A program made the position numbers and the translations under genes. DNA of 63,098 nucleotides, filler included, from an uncultured bacterium (lineage in GTDB: Bacteria; Hinthialibacterota; Hinthialibacteria; Hinthialibacterales; Hinthialibacteraceae): the NCBI GenBank assembly GCA_964449065.1. It is 3 parts of 3 records of this genome, joined end to end, with 100 filler letters (N's around TTAATTAATTAA, not from the genome) between each part and the next. Parts side by side here need not be neighbours in the genome. Positions count along the whole stretch, not along the records: positions 1 to 21,191 come from CAYVAZ010000048.1; 2 more parts are not named here. The stretch is one strand, 5' to 3'. The notes below the pieces were generated by a model. The model had not been told where the DNA came from. It saw only the letters and a program-made list of their open reading frames with translations, and ran no database searches. Positions 1-8,932 of the stretch are shown piece by piece. How positions within the stretch are numbered: the first letter of the stretch is position 1; the number at the start of each line of letters is the position of its first letter.

Positions 1-104
1 GGTGATAAGCAAGGTGTGTTCACTGAACACCCCTTGCTTTCTTCTGACAAAAATGAGTATTGATATTATTGTTTGAAATGGATTATCAGAAAGGTTTAAA
101 GATT

Positions 105-2162
105 ATGTATACAATTTCAAAATTAAAATATATTTTGGTGATGGTTTTATGTTTCTTTTGTATTAAGAACACCACTGCACAAGACTTGCCGATCATCAGA
201 ACCGGAGATGAAGTGGTTTTGGGTGTGGGCAAAATCCGTGCATCCGATCTCTCGCAAGACGGCAGCCTGCTGGCAATCGGTACCAATGAAGATGTGTTTC
301 TTTATGATTTGCAAACGGAAGAATTCCTGCCCTTTCAAAATGAATTTTCTGATCAGTCAATTACATCGCTTGCTATTTCACCAAATAATGAATTTCTTTT
401 TACAGGTTTTGAAAAAATACATTTTAACAATCCGTTGGCAGTATATCTAAATATTAGAAGTCGAGAAACGATCAATGTTACAGAAGGACATTCGCCATGT
501 GAAGGAAGAGTCCCCGCGTTAAAACCGGCATTTCTCAATGATGGACAGCGTTTAGTTGTACCAACTAATACAACATGCTTTGATTTATTATGGGAACCGT
601 TCAAAGAGAACACGCGATTTTCACCGAATGTTCGTGGAATCGGATTGTTTTTTGTTAAAGCCGTTTCATCACCGGACAGCAAATATGTAGCCATGATTCC
701 ATTTGCAAATTTCCTCTCTATTGTAGATGTTGATAACATCCAAAATAGCAAAAGTATCCGCGAAGTAACTCAGGCAAATTCAGCTGCCTTTTCCCCTGAT
801 AGTTCTTTGTTAGCGGAGGGCGAAAAGGACGGAGATATTTTATTTATAGAAGTCGAAACGAGTGAAATCAAAGAGAAGTTATCATTTGAGGGGGTAGTCA
901 CTGCATTGGCGTTTACTCCAGATTGGCAAACCCTGGTAGCAGGCAACGATAAAGGGCAGCTTGCCGCTTGGGATATGAACACATTGCAGCGCCAAGACTT
1001 AATGGACCTTAAATTACCCATCCAGCAAATTCGTGCCACTGAGAAAGGAGTGTTTGCCGTTGCGCAAAACAGCGCAAAGCTGGAAGTATGGAATGTATTT
1101 GAAAACCAACAGGTGTTTGCGTTTCCAATTGTGCCCAATATCACCCATTTTGAATATATGCCCGACGGCAAAAGCGCCATCATCCAACAGGGCGGCCAAA
1201 CCGAATTGTGGGATACGGAAAAATGGATACGCCTTCGCACCTTGCCGGATTCGTTTCAACGCATTGCGCAAACCTTCGCGGATGGTGATCAAGCCTGGGG
1301 CGTGACGGGGATATCCAACCGTCAAATGGATGTGCTGGATTTGGAAACGGGCGAGATAATCAACCAACTGGATTTCAACCCTATCGTAGAATCGGGTGAT
1401 GGTTTCGGGTTCGATCTGTCCGGCAATGGCAAACGTATCGTGACGGTGGTACGTAAAGCCGAAGATGAAAATGAAGTAAAAGAGGATGGATTTGAATTTG
1501 AGATTCAAATCCGCCGGTGGGATATATTCACCGGTGAAGAATTAAACTCAATAACAAGACTTGTAAATCGAGTCGATTTTGAATTATCCTTCGATGGGAG
1601 CACACTTTTGTTTCGGGATGATGAACAACAACCTTTTCTAGCGGGTATATTCACTTTCAAACTTTTAGACTTAGAAACAGAGGAACTTCTGCAACAATTT
1701 ATCATTGATGATCCGCGTCGTGTTATATTTCCTTCCATATCCGACTTATTATTTTCACCGAACGGTCAATATGCATTAACGGGAGTAAGTGCGAGTAAAG
1801 AGGACCCGGCTAAGTTTTTTCTCACCGATACCTCCACAGGCGAATTGGTGCACACGCTTTACCTCAACAGTTTTCGATTGGAGTCCCCAAGATTTTCGCC
1901 GGATTCAAAGTATCTGATCAGCCGGGGGCAGAGACTGTTTCAATTGGGGCATAATACCTTTACGTCATTTCCCCCTGAAATTATACTTTGGGATCTTGCA
2001 TCTGGAGAAGTGATTGGTAAATTTCGTGATGACGGCACGCCGGAGTTTTCCCCGGATGGCAGCAAGATTGTCACCCGCAGTGATGTGATCCGCATCAAAG
2101 ACCTCGCAACGTTCATCGATCAAAACACTTCGCATGTTCCGGGTTATTTACATTACAAATAA
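105..2162 (+). CDS. Secreted WD40/beta-propeller repeat protein
   Basis: Repeated (A/L)FSPDG/FTPDW...WD motifs; signal-peptide-like N-terminus. ORF opens at 60, but ATG 105 is the more plausible start. Confidence 0.8.
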   Translation: MYTISKLKYILVMVLCFFCIKNTTAQDLPIIRTGDEVVLGVGKIRASDLSQDGSLLAIGTNEDVFLYDLQTEEFLPFQNEFSDQSITSLAISPNNEFLFTGFEKIHFNNPLAVYLNIRSRETINVTEGHSPCEGRVPALKPAFLNDGQRLVVPTNTTCFDLLWEPFKENTRFSPNVRGIGLFFVKAVSSPDSKYVAMIPFANFLSIVDVDNIQNSKSIREVTQANSAAFSPDSSLLAEGEKDGDILFIEVETSEIKEKLSFEGVVTALAFTPDWQTLVAGNDKGQLAAWDMNTLQRQDLMDLKLPIQQIRATEKGVFAVAQNSAKLEVWNVFENQQVFAFPIVPNITHFEYMPDGKSAIIQQGGQTELWDTEKWIRLRTLPDSFQRIAQTFADGDQAWGVTGISNRQMDVLDLETGEIINQLDFNPIVESGDGFGFDLSGNGKRIVTVVRKAEDENEVKEDGFEFEIQIRRWDIFTGEELNSITRLVNRVDFELSFDGSTLLFRDDEQQPFLAGIFTFKLLDLETEELLQQFIIDDPRRVIFPSISDLLFSPNGQYALTGVSASKEDPAKFFLTDTSTGELVHTLYLNSFRLESPRFSPDSKYLISRGQRLFQLGHNTFTSFPPEIILWDLASGEVIGKFRDDGTPEFSPDGSKIVTRSDVIRIKDLATFIDQNTSHVPGYLHYK

Positions 2163-2850
2163 CTCATACCGCTTCGCGAATCTCGGCTACGGCACTGGCA
2201 GTCAATTCCAGCCGGTGGATTTAGGCGAGCCGGACTTCAGCAATGCAACGGTGAGCGGTGACACCATCCGCTGGCAAAATGTTTTTGCTGACGTAGATAT
2301 CAGTGTGCGCTATATTCATGATATCATGAAAGTGGATGTCATCTTGAAGAGAGAGTTCATGCGCGACCTGCGTTCCGTCGTGCAGGACGATAGCCTGAGT
2401 CGGGAGACCTTCCTGACCGCGCGCTTCGATATCGACCTGGTCGAACTCAACAGCGAAGCACGCCAAGGCGGGCAGCCCCGCGACTTGTTCGCACCCTCGC
2501 TTGCGTTAGACACCCCGCTGGAGTTCGTGCAAGACAGCAAAGTCGTACACAAACTGCGCCCGGTGGAAGTCTACGCGCTGGATGAATCCGGTGAGCGCGT
2601 CATCGAGCCTGACCATCCCGCCATCCGCACCAACCAAGTCTGGCAGCTAAACCGCAACACCCCCGGCATGGCAGAGATGTCCGCGCACGTCGGCGACCTC
2701 GCTAACCTACCCGATGGCGATGTGGTAATCGATCCGAGTATGACATTTAAATCTCAAAATACATTGATGAAAGATGCAGTGCTTGTTGAGAGTTCCGGTG
2801 CCGGCTGGGTGGAATTGGATGTAACAAACGCCTTTCTTGCGCTGTTTTAA
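2161..2850 (+). pseudogene. Internal fragment of a large extracellular (RHS/DNRLRE-associated type) protein
   Basis: No credible start or RBS, GC shift right after the WD40 stop, and VVIDPS and GWVELDVT motifs typical of such proteins. Confidence 0.4.
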
Positions 2851-3033
2851 GGAAGTGAGTGGAAGATGGATCATTATTGCTATTCGATTGTAAACTATGA
2901 TGTGAAAGACGCGGCGGGCAAATTGCGCAAGCAGAAAATCGAGCCGAGAATCACATCGAATCGCATCTACTTTCCCGACCCGGATGGATTGGAAGTTCAA
3001 CTGGCGGAAACGGAGCACAACCCGAATTCATAA
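2833..3033 (+). pseudogene. C-terminal remnant of a VOC/glyoxalase-family protein
   Basis: Frame reads FLALF*GSEWKMDHYCYSI...RIYFPDPDGLEVQLAE*; YFxDPDGxxxQL is the VOC signature. In-frame TAA at 2848-2850. Confidence 0.6.
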
Positions 3034-3270
3034 ACCCCGATTCTCAATTGAAGTGGGGCAATGATGCGGCATCTCATTTATACATGAATCATCCATTGGA
3101 GCGGATACTGTGTAGTGATTTTGGGGGCACGAAACCATACAGATTGGTGAGCCGATGGACAAGATATACGATGTAGATACGATGAATGAATCTGATCCTA
3201 CACAGGATACCAAACAACGATTCAGGCAATGCGCGGCAAGCCCGGTCCGCGAACGTCCATTTCCGAATCC

Positions 3271-4185
3271 CTAATACACTTCTGGGACTGTGGTGGGTTC
3301 GTATTTGGGGATGGGATTTTCGTAGCTGGGTTTTTTGCGTTTGGGCAGCGGTTTCACTTCCGGCGTGATATCTTGATAGGGAATCAAATTTAACAGGCTG
3401 CTAATGCAGTTGAGTCGTGCCTTCTTTTTGTTGTCGGCTTTCACGACATACCACGGCGCTTCTTGAATATCGGTATGGGCGAACATATTGATTTTTGCCA
3501 TGGTATATTCATCCCACATTTGGCGTGATTTTAAATCCATCGGGCTGAGTTTCCAGCGTTTGACGGGGTCTTCCAAACGCGCTTGAAAGCGTTTTTCCTG
3601 CTCTGTTGCTGTGATGGAAAACCAGTACTTGATCAAGATGATGCCGGAGCGGATTAACATGCGTTCGAATTCAGGGCAGGAGCGCAGGAATTCTTGGTAT
3701 TCGCTCTTGGTGCAGAAACCCATGACATGTTCGACACCCGCGCGGTTGTACCAACTGCGGTCAAACAGCACCATTTCGCCCGCGGCGGGAAGGTGGGACA
3801 CATAGCGTTGAAAGTACCATTGGGTTTTCTCTTTTTCGGTTGGGACGGAGAGCGCGACGACGCGGCAGATACGGGGATTGAGGCGCTGGGTGATGCGTTT
3901 GATGACACCCCCTTTTCCGGCGGCATCGCGGCCTTCGAAGAGGACGACGACTTTCATGCCGTTGAATTTGATGTATTCCTGCAATTTCACCAATTCAATC
4001 TGCAAGCGTTTGAGTTCGTTCATATAGTAGCGGTTGGTGAATCGTTCCGGTTTGTCGGGTGGAACAAAGTCTGTTGCGTATTCAATGCTGCGTTTGTGGA
4101 GTTCGATAATTTCGGTGGATTTATCGATGGCGAGGCTGCCTTGTTCCGGGTCTTTTGGGATTGTTTGGTTGTTGTCTTCGCTCAT
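3271..4185 (-). CDS. ppk2: Polyphosphate kinase 2
   Basis: FEGRDAAGKGG Walker A, WYFQRY, FDRSWYNRAGVE, WKLSPMD motifs. ORF opens at 4224. Confidence 0.95.
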   Translation of the reverse strand: MSEDNNQTIPKDPEQGSLAIDKSTEIIELHKRSIEYATDFVPPDKPERFTNRYYMNELKRLQIELVKLQEYIKFNGMKVVVLFEGRDAAGKGGVIKRITQRLNPRICRVVALSVPTEKEKTQWYFQRYVSHLPAAGEMVLFDRSWYNRAGVEHVMGFCTKSEYQEFLRSCPEFERMLIRSGIILIKYWFSITATEQEKRFQARLEDPVKRWKLSPMDLKSRQMWDEYTMAKINMFAHTDIQEAPWYVVKADNKKKARLNCISSLLNLIPYQDITPEVKPLPKRKKPSYENPIPKYEPTTVPEVY

Positions 4186-4418
4186 GTAATTTCTCATTTC
4201 ATGGCACGTCTTGCCTGATACCAATACTATTTGGAATTGGGAAGAACGAAAACCGCTACGTCTTACTTTCGCGGAGGGTTATCGCCGTGCTTACTCTACA
4301 ATCCATGATAAAAACGGTATTATTTCAGTCCGAAAGAGAATTTGCAATTTACCGGATAATACGTTATCTTAAACGTAATCGGGTTTGAACGTTTATCAAT
4401 ACACAACAGGAGTTTCAA

Positions 4419-5588
4419 ATGAAATTACGAACACGAGTCGCTGTTTATTTTTTTTCTTTCTTTTGGATTGGAATCACCGCATCGATGCCCGCTTATTCCA
4501 GTCCGTCCGTCGATTCGATCTTGGATGAAGTACGCGGCCATGAGTTTCATCCACTCAGCAAAGATCATTCGTTTACGATGGACCGCCATTTGGGTAAGCA
4601 TGGCATTGCCAATCTCGATAATACCGATTGGAAGGTACGCCTAATGGCGATATCCCGGTTAACCCAAGCGGAAGACAAGATCGGTGAAATCGTCAACGGT
4701 CTTCAAGATGAGAATCAACATGTCCGGCAGATTTGCGCGGCGGCGTTGGGGATCCGTAAAGCAAAGCAGGCCGCCAAGCCGTTGGAAGAATTGCTTAAAA
4801 ACGATGCCAGCGTACTGGTGCGTTCGCAAGCGGCGATGTCTTTGGGGCAGATCGAATCACAAGACTCTCTGCCGCTGCTTCGCGAACGGCTTGAAGACGA
4901 CCCGCACCGCGACGTAAAACACCAATGCGAATTGGCTATCGATCAGATCGAAAAGAACATGGGGGCGACACAAAAGCAGCTGCGGGCGTTTCAATCTTTA
5001 GATCCGAAGCAATTTGAAAGCGCAAAAGAAGGCGCACCAGCGCTTGATTTTTCTTTAGACGATACTGAAGGAAAATCGTGGACGCTCAGTGATTTTAAAG
5101 GGGAAAAATGGGTGGTGTTGATTTGGATTTTCGCGGATTGGTGCCCGGTTTGTCATAGTGAATTTCGCGATCTGATAGCAATGAAAGATGAATTCGCGCA
5201 AGAGAACATTCAGGTCTTCACTGTTGAAGCTCATGACAAATACCGCAGCAGGCTAATGGTTGGGAAAGAAGGAGCGCCGGACTATTGGTTTTCCGATCAG
5301 CCGTTTGATGAAGTGTATACGGAAAAAATCTGGTGGCCGCATCTGATGGACTTGGCGGGGAAAACCGGCGCCGCGTATGGGGTTGATCCCATGTCGTTTG
5401 CCGTTCACGCGGAATACATTAACCGACCGGCAACCGTTATCATTGACCCGGAGGGAATGATCCGCTTTTTGTATGCCGGTACCTATTGGGGAGACCGGCC
5501 TACGATTCATGAAACGCTGGAGATGATTCGCAACCAAGATTTCGAATTTGAACATCCAAAACGATTGCAATTCACCGAGGATCAGTAG
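4419..5588 (+). CDS. Exported HEAT-repeat + redoxin (AhpC/TSA, WCPVC) protein
   Basis: Signal peptide; HEAT repeats (VRQICAAALG, VRSQAAMSLG); C-terminal thioredoxin fold with CxxC. Confidence 0.8.
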   Translation: MKLRTRVAVYFFSFFWIGITASMPAYSSPSVDSILDEVRGHEFHPLSKDHSFTMDRHLGKHGIANLDNTDWKVRLMAISRLTQAEDKIGEIVNGLQDENQHVRQICAAALGIRKAKQAAKPLEELLKNDASVLVRSQAAMSLGQIESQDSLPLLRERLEDDPHRDVKHQCELAIDQIEKNMGATQKQLRAFQSLDPKQFESAKEGAPALDFSLDDTEGKSWTLSDFKGEKWVVLIWIFADWCPVCHSEFRDLIAMKDEFAQENIQVFTVEAHDKYRSRLMVGKEGAPDYWFSDQPFDEVYTEKIWWPHLMDLAGKTGAAYGVDPMSFAVHAEYINRPATVIIDPEGMIRFLYAGTYWGDRPTIHETLEMIRNQDFEFEHPKRLQFTEDQ

Positions 5589-6333
5589 ATATATGAGAGC
5601 CGGTGCAGGTAGTATTGGCTTGCGAAAATCTGCCGCGGAATGCCAATATGCGGATGCAAATCCATACGTGGATGAATTGAATCCACTCAGAAATCATTTC
5701 GCGGGATGCCTGTTTTCCCCATTTTTCATACTTTTGCGCATGGCCGATTTCCGGGGAGTAGGACATGCAGGTTCCGTTGCCGTGTTTGCGGCAGTACCAA
5801 TTTAAGAACATCACAATGCCGTAGCCTTTCATTAGATGCATGCAGCCGGATTGTTTGCAGATTTGAATGGCGTCCGCAAAGAGTTTTTTGGGGATCATGC
5901 GCTCCCCGCTGATACTGCCGAACATGAATATCAGCCATTCGCGAATTCCGTAAATGTCCCGTAGAATAGGAATCGGGATTCGTTTGACGTTAATGCTTTG
6001 TGAGACCTGTTTTTGGAAGAAGTTGGCGATCGTGGATTCGATGTGTTCGACCGATAGATTGTTTAAATCTGCGTCGCACCAAAAGATAAAATCATCGTCT
6101 TGCAATGTGGTAAGATGATGCATGATGGCTTCACCGACGGGAACACGCTGGGGCAAGGAAATGAGTTGCACCGGATACCGCTTGGCGATCTCGGCGGTGG
6201 AATCGGTGGAGCCGTCATCAACCACTTGGACGATGGAGATGGATGGGCATTGAGTTAAGACTGTCAGCACACCGGCGATGGAGGCTTGTTCGTTGTATGC
6301 GGTGACGGCTGCTACGATGCGCGGTTTGCTCAT
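5572..6333 (-). CDS. Glycosyltransferase family 2
   Basis: AYNE, VVDDGSTD and DAD motifs. Confidence 0.85.
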   Translation of the reverse strand: MSKPRIVAAVTAYNEQASIAGVLTVLTQCPSISIVQVVDDGSTDSTAEIAKRYPVQLISLPQRVPVGEAIMHHLTTLQDDDFIFWCDADLNNLSVEHIESTIANFFQKQVSQSINVKRIPIPILRDIYGIREWLIFMFGSISGERMIPKKLFADAIQICKQSGCMHLMKGYGIVMFLNWYCRKHGNGTCMSYSPEIGHAQKYEKWGKQASREMISEWIQFIHVWICIRILAFRGRFSQANTTCTGSHISTDPR

Positions 6334-6461
6334 GGACTTTTACCCAACACTGTCCGCGAAAAGCGGATGAGTTGCCAGATGTTTATTCGATGAAAAAGGT
6401 GATAAAATTACACAACAAAACGATGTTTGCCCGATTAAGAATTTGTAAGAATTGTGTCAAA

Positions 6462-6494
6462 AACAAATCTATAACAAATCTACAACAAATTTAT
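6462..6494. promoter_or_regulatory. Three 11-bp direct repeats (AACAAATYTAY) in the divergent GT2/rarA promoter region
   Basis: aacaaatctat-aacaaatctac-aacaaatttat; 11-bp period is typical of OmpR/PhoB-family sites. Confidence 0.45.
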
Positions 6495-6520
6495 CTCAAA
6501 AGCATTGAAACCAGTTGTCC

Positions 6521-7876
6521 ATGAAAAATAGTGCGCGTCAACAAAAGTTTTCGGTTCCCAACGGGAAGGACTCTTCTCCGGTTTTGGATGCCCCCTTAGC
6601 CGAACGTTGCCGGCCCCGGACGTTGGATGAAATCTTTGGGCAGGAGGAATTGCTGGCCCCCGGCAAGCCCCTGCGCCGCGCGATTGAGAACGATCAAATC
6701 CCTTCGATGATTTTGTGGGGTCCGCCGGGAAGCGGCAAAACCACGCTGGCGAAGGTGTTGGCGGGTGTGTCCGAATCCCGGTTTGTGCAACTCTCCGCGA
6801 CGGATAGCGGGATCCGCGATTTGCGCAAAGTGATAGAAGGCGCGCAAAAGTCTCTGAATGAAACGCAACAAAAGACGCTGCTTTTTATTGATGAGATTCA
6901 CCGCTGGAACAAAAGCCAGCAGGACGCGCTGCTGCCGTATGTGGAATCGGGGTTAATTAAGCTGGTGGGGGCAACGACGGAAAACCCTTCGTTTGAGATT
7001 AACGGGGCGTTGTTGTCGCGCACAACGGTGTTTACGCTTTCGCAATTGCAGCCGCACAGCGTGATACGCATCTTGCGGCAGGGGATGGAAACGCTTCAAC
7101 ACGAAGGCATACATGTTGCGGCGGATGATGGCGCGCTGGAAGCGGTTGCATCGGTTTCGCATGGCGACGCGCGGGTGGCGTTGGGCGCGCTAGAGCAATG
7201 TGTTCATTATTCGCGCGGCGATGACGGATGTGTTTCTTTGACGGCTGAGTCGGTGAAAGAGACGCTGCAAGACAAACGGCTGCTTTATGACAAAGCGGGA
7301 GAAGAGCATTACAACACGATATCCGCGCTGCATAAATCGATGCGGGGGAGCGACCCGCAGGCGGCGATTTATTGGATCGCGCGGATGCTGGAAGCGGGGG
7401 AAGACCCGATGTATATCGCGCGGCGTGTGATTCGCTTCGCGGTGGAAGATGTTGGACTCGCCGACCCGAACGCGCTGCTGATTGCCACGGCCGCCCGCGA
7501 TACCTATCACTTGTTGGGATCACCGGAAGGTGAGTTGGCGATTGTTGAGGCGGCGGTGTATATGGCGGCCGCACCCAAAAGCAACGCGTTATACAAAGCC
7601 TTTGCCGATGCCAAAGCCGCGGTGAAGCAGTTGGGCTATTTGCCGGTTCCGAAACACATTCGCAACGCGCCGACGGAATTGATGAAGAACTTGGATTATG
7701 GCAAAGGGTATGAGTATTCGCATGATTATGATCACGCGTATTCGGGGCAATCCTATTTGCCGGATCAATTGCAAAACACGCAGTTCTATACACCGACCGA
7801 CCGCGGGTTTGAGAAGAAAATTCAAGACCGCATGAAGTTTTGGGAAGAGTTGAAAGCGGGGCGGAAGGAGACGTAG
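6521..7876 (+). CDS. rarA: Replication-associated recombination protein A (MgsA/RarA)
   Basis: PLAERCRP, WGPPGSGKTT, IDEIHR, GATTENP, SALHKSMRGSD motifs. Confidence 0.95.
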   Translation: MKNSARQQKFSVPNGKDSSPVLDAPLAERCRPRTLDEIFGQEELLAPGKPLRRAIENDQIPSMILWGPPGSGKTTLAKVLAGVSESRFVQLSATDSGIRDLRKVIEGAQKSLNETQQKTLLFIDEIHRWNKSQQDALLPYVESGLIKLVGATTENPSFEINGALLSRTTVFTLSQLQPHSVIRILRQGMETLQHEGIHVAADDGALEAVASVSHGDARVALGALEQCVHYSRGDDGCVSLTAESVKETLQDKRLLYDKAGEEHYNTISALHKSMRGSDPQAAIYWIARMLEAGEDPMYIARRVIRFAVEDVGLADPNALLIATAARDTYHLLGSPEGELAIVEAAVYMAAAPKSNALYKAFADAKAAVKQLGYLPVPKHIRNAPTELMKNLDYGKGYEYSHDYDHAYSGQSYLPDQLQNTQFYTPTDRGFEKKIQDRMKFWEELKAGRKET

Positions 7877-7881
7877 ATTTT

Positions 7882-8787
7882 TTAGGAGGACCGGAAGTAG
7901 CGGCGCATGGTGCGGTAAAGGGCTTTGTTGCCCCGGATGAGGAAGTAGATCAAGCAAAGTTTCATAAGAAGAATCCATAACCATTCAATTTCAAGTGGAC
8001 TTTTATATATCGAACTGTCTTCTCCCGTAATGATTACCAATGGGTTCAACCACTCTAATGGTGAATCCCCCTTATTGAACATAAAAGAATACCAGTTCCA
8101 ACCGGCATGAAGGGCAATAGGGAACCAAATGGTTTTGGCAGCGAGAAAAGCCGTTCCATAAAACAGACCGGATGAGGTATATACGAGAAACATAATAATC
8201 ACATCCGATAGAGGCCATTGATCATTTGCGAAATGAGCTAATGCAAAAAGAAAGGATGATATAAACAACGCAGGAAGCACACCGACCAGATAACGAAACA
8301 GCAATAGCAAAAATCCCCGAAACAGAAATTCTTCTGCCGCGGCAGCTAAAATAACGGTCCCGAATCCTTGGAGGCAGTTGGTGATATCCCAGTGTGGATT
8401 CCATTGCGGATTTACATCCCAAAAGAGCACTCGGTTGGCAAGAAAAACGCTGTGCATACAAACGCCCAGTATCAGCCCGAAAACGATCAACCAAATGTGT
8501 TTGAACGATGGGATTGGATCCAGAGTGTATGCTTTGGGTTCGTATAACCGGTACCAATGAAAACAGTATATAAAGCAGCCGTAGATAATGATGAACTTTA
8601 ACAAATCCCGCTCAAAAGGCCAAGCATGAAACGAGACACGATAAAACAATTTAGCGACGAAAAAAGCAATCAAATGAAAGACAATAAAGAAGGCTATGAA
8701 CTTTGCTGTAAATGTAAGCCATTTCTTTGATTGGTACTTATCCCAAATTTGTTGAAAATAGGTTGGCAAATAGCATGTCGCATTCAT
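7882..8787 (-). CDS. CPBP (CAAX/Abi) family intramembrane metalloprotease
   Basis: EEFLFRG, FALAH and HAGWN motifs; multi-TM. The upstream ORF extension to 8922 is translated REP sequence. Confidence 0.85.
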   Translation of the reverse strand: MNATCYLPTYFQQIWDKYQSKKWLTFTAKFIAFFIVFHLIAFFVAKLFYRVSFHAWPFERDLLKFIIIYGCFIYCFHWYRLYEPKAYTLDPIPSFKHIWLIVFGLILGVCMHSVFLANRVLFWDVNPQWNPHWDITNCLQGFGTVILAAAAEEFLFRGFLLLLFRYLVGVLPALFISSFLFALAHFANDQWPLSDVIIMFLVYTSSGLFYGTAFLAAKTIWFPIALHAGWNWYSFMFNKGDSPLEWLNPLVIITGEDSSIYKSPLEIEWLWILLMKLCLIYFLIRGNKALYRTMRRYFRSS

Positions 8788-8860
8788 TTTTTTAAGCCAT
8801 ATATTGATTGCTGACAATACGCCCCAAAAGGGCGCTCCAAAAGGGGTGAACTGATCTTCC

Positions 8861-8885
8861 GGCTCGGCGGGAGCCTCGCCCTCCC
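8861..8885 (+). repeat. REP-like palindrome GGCTCGGCGGGAGCCTCGCCCTCCC (copy 1 of 5)
   Basis: Identical 25-mer at 20924, 47512 and 61040; inverted variant at 16055. Confidence 0.85.
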
Positions 8886-8932
8886 ATAAAGGAGCTGCCT
8901 TTTGACAAATGCTTTTAATCACTTGCTTTTAC

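Noticed and set aside
8788..8922. EGEAPAEP / WLGGSLALP peptides in several ORFs (also 20761, 47409, 61021)
   Set aside because: These are readings of the 25-bp REP, not protein motifs.
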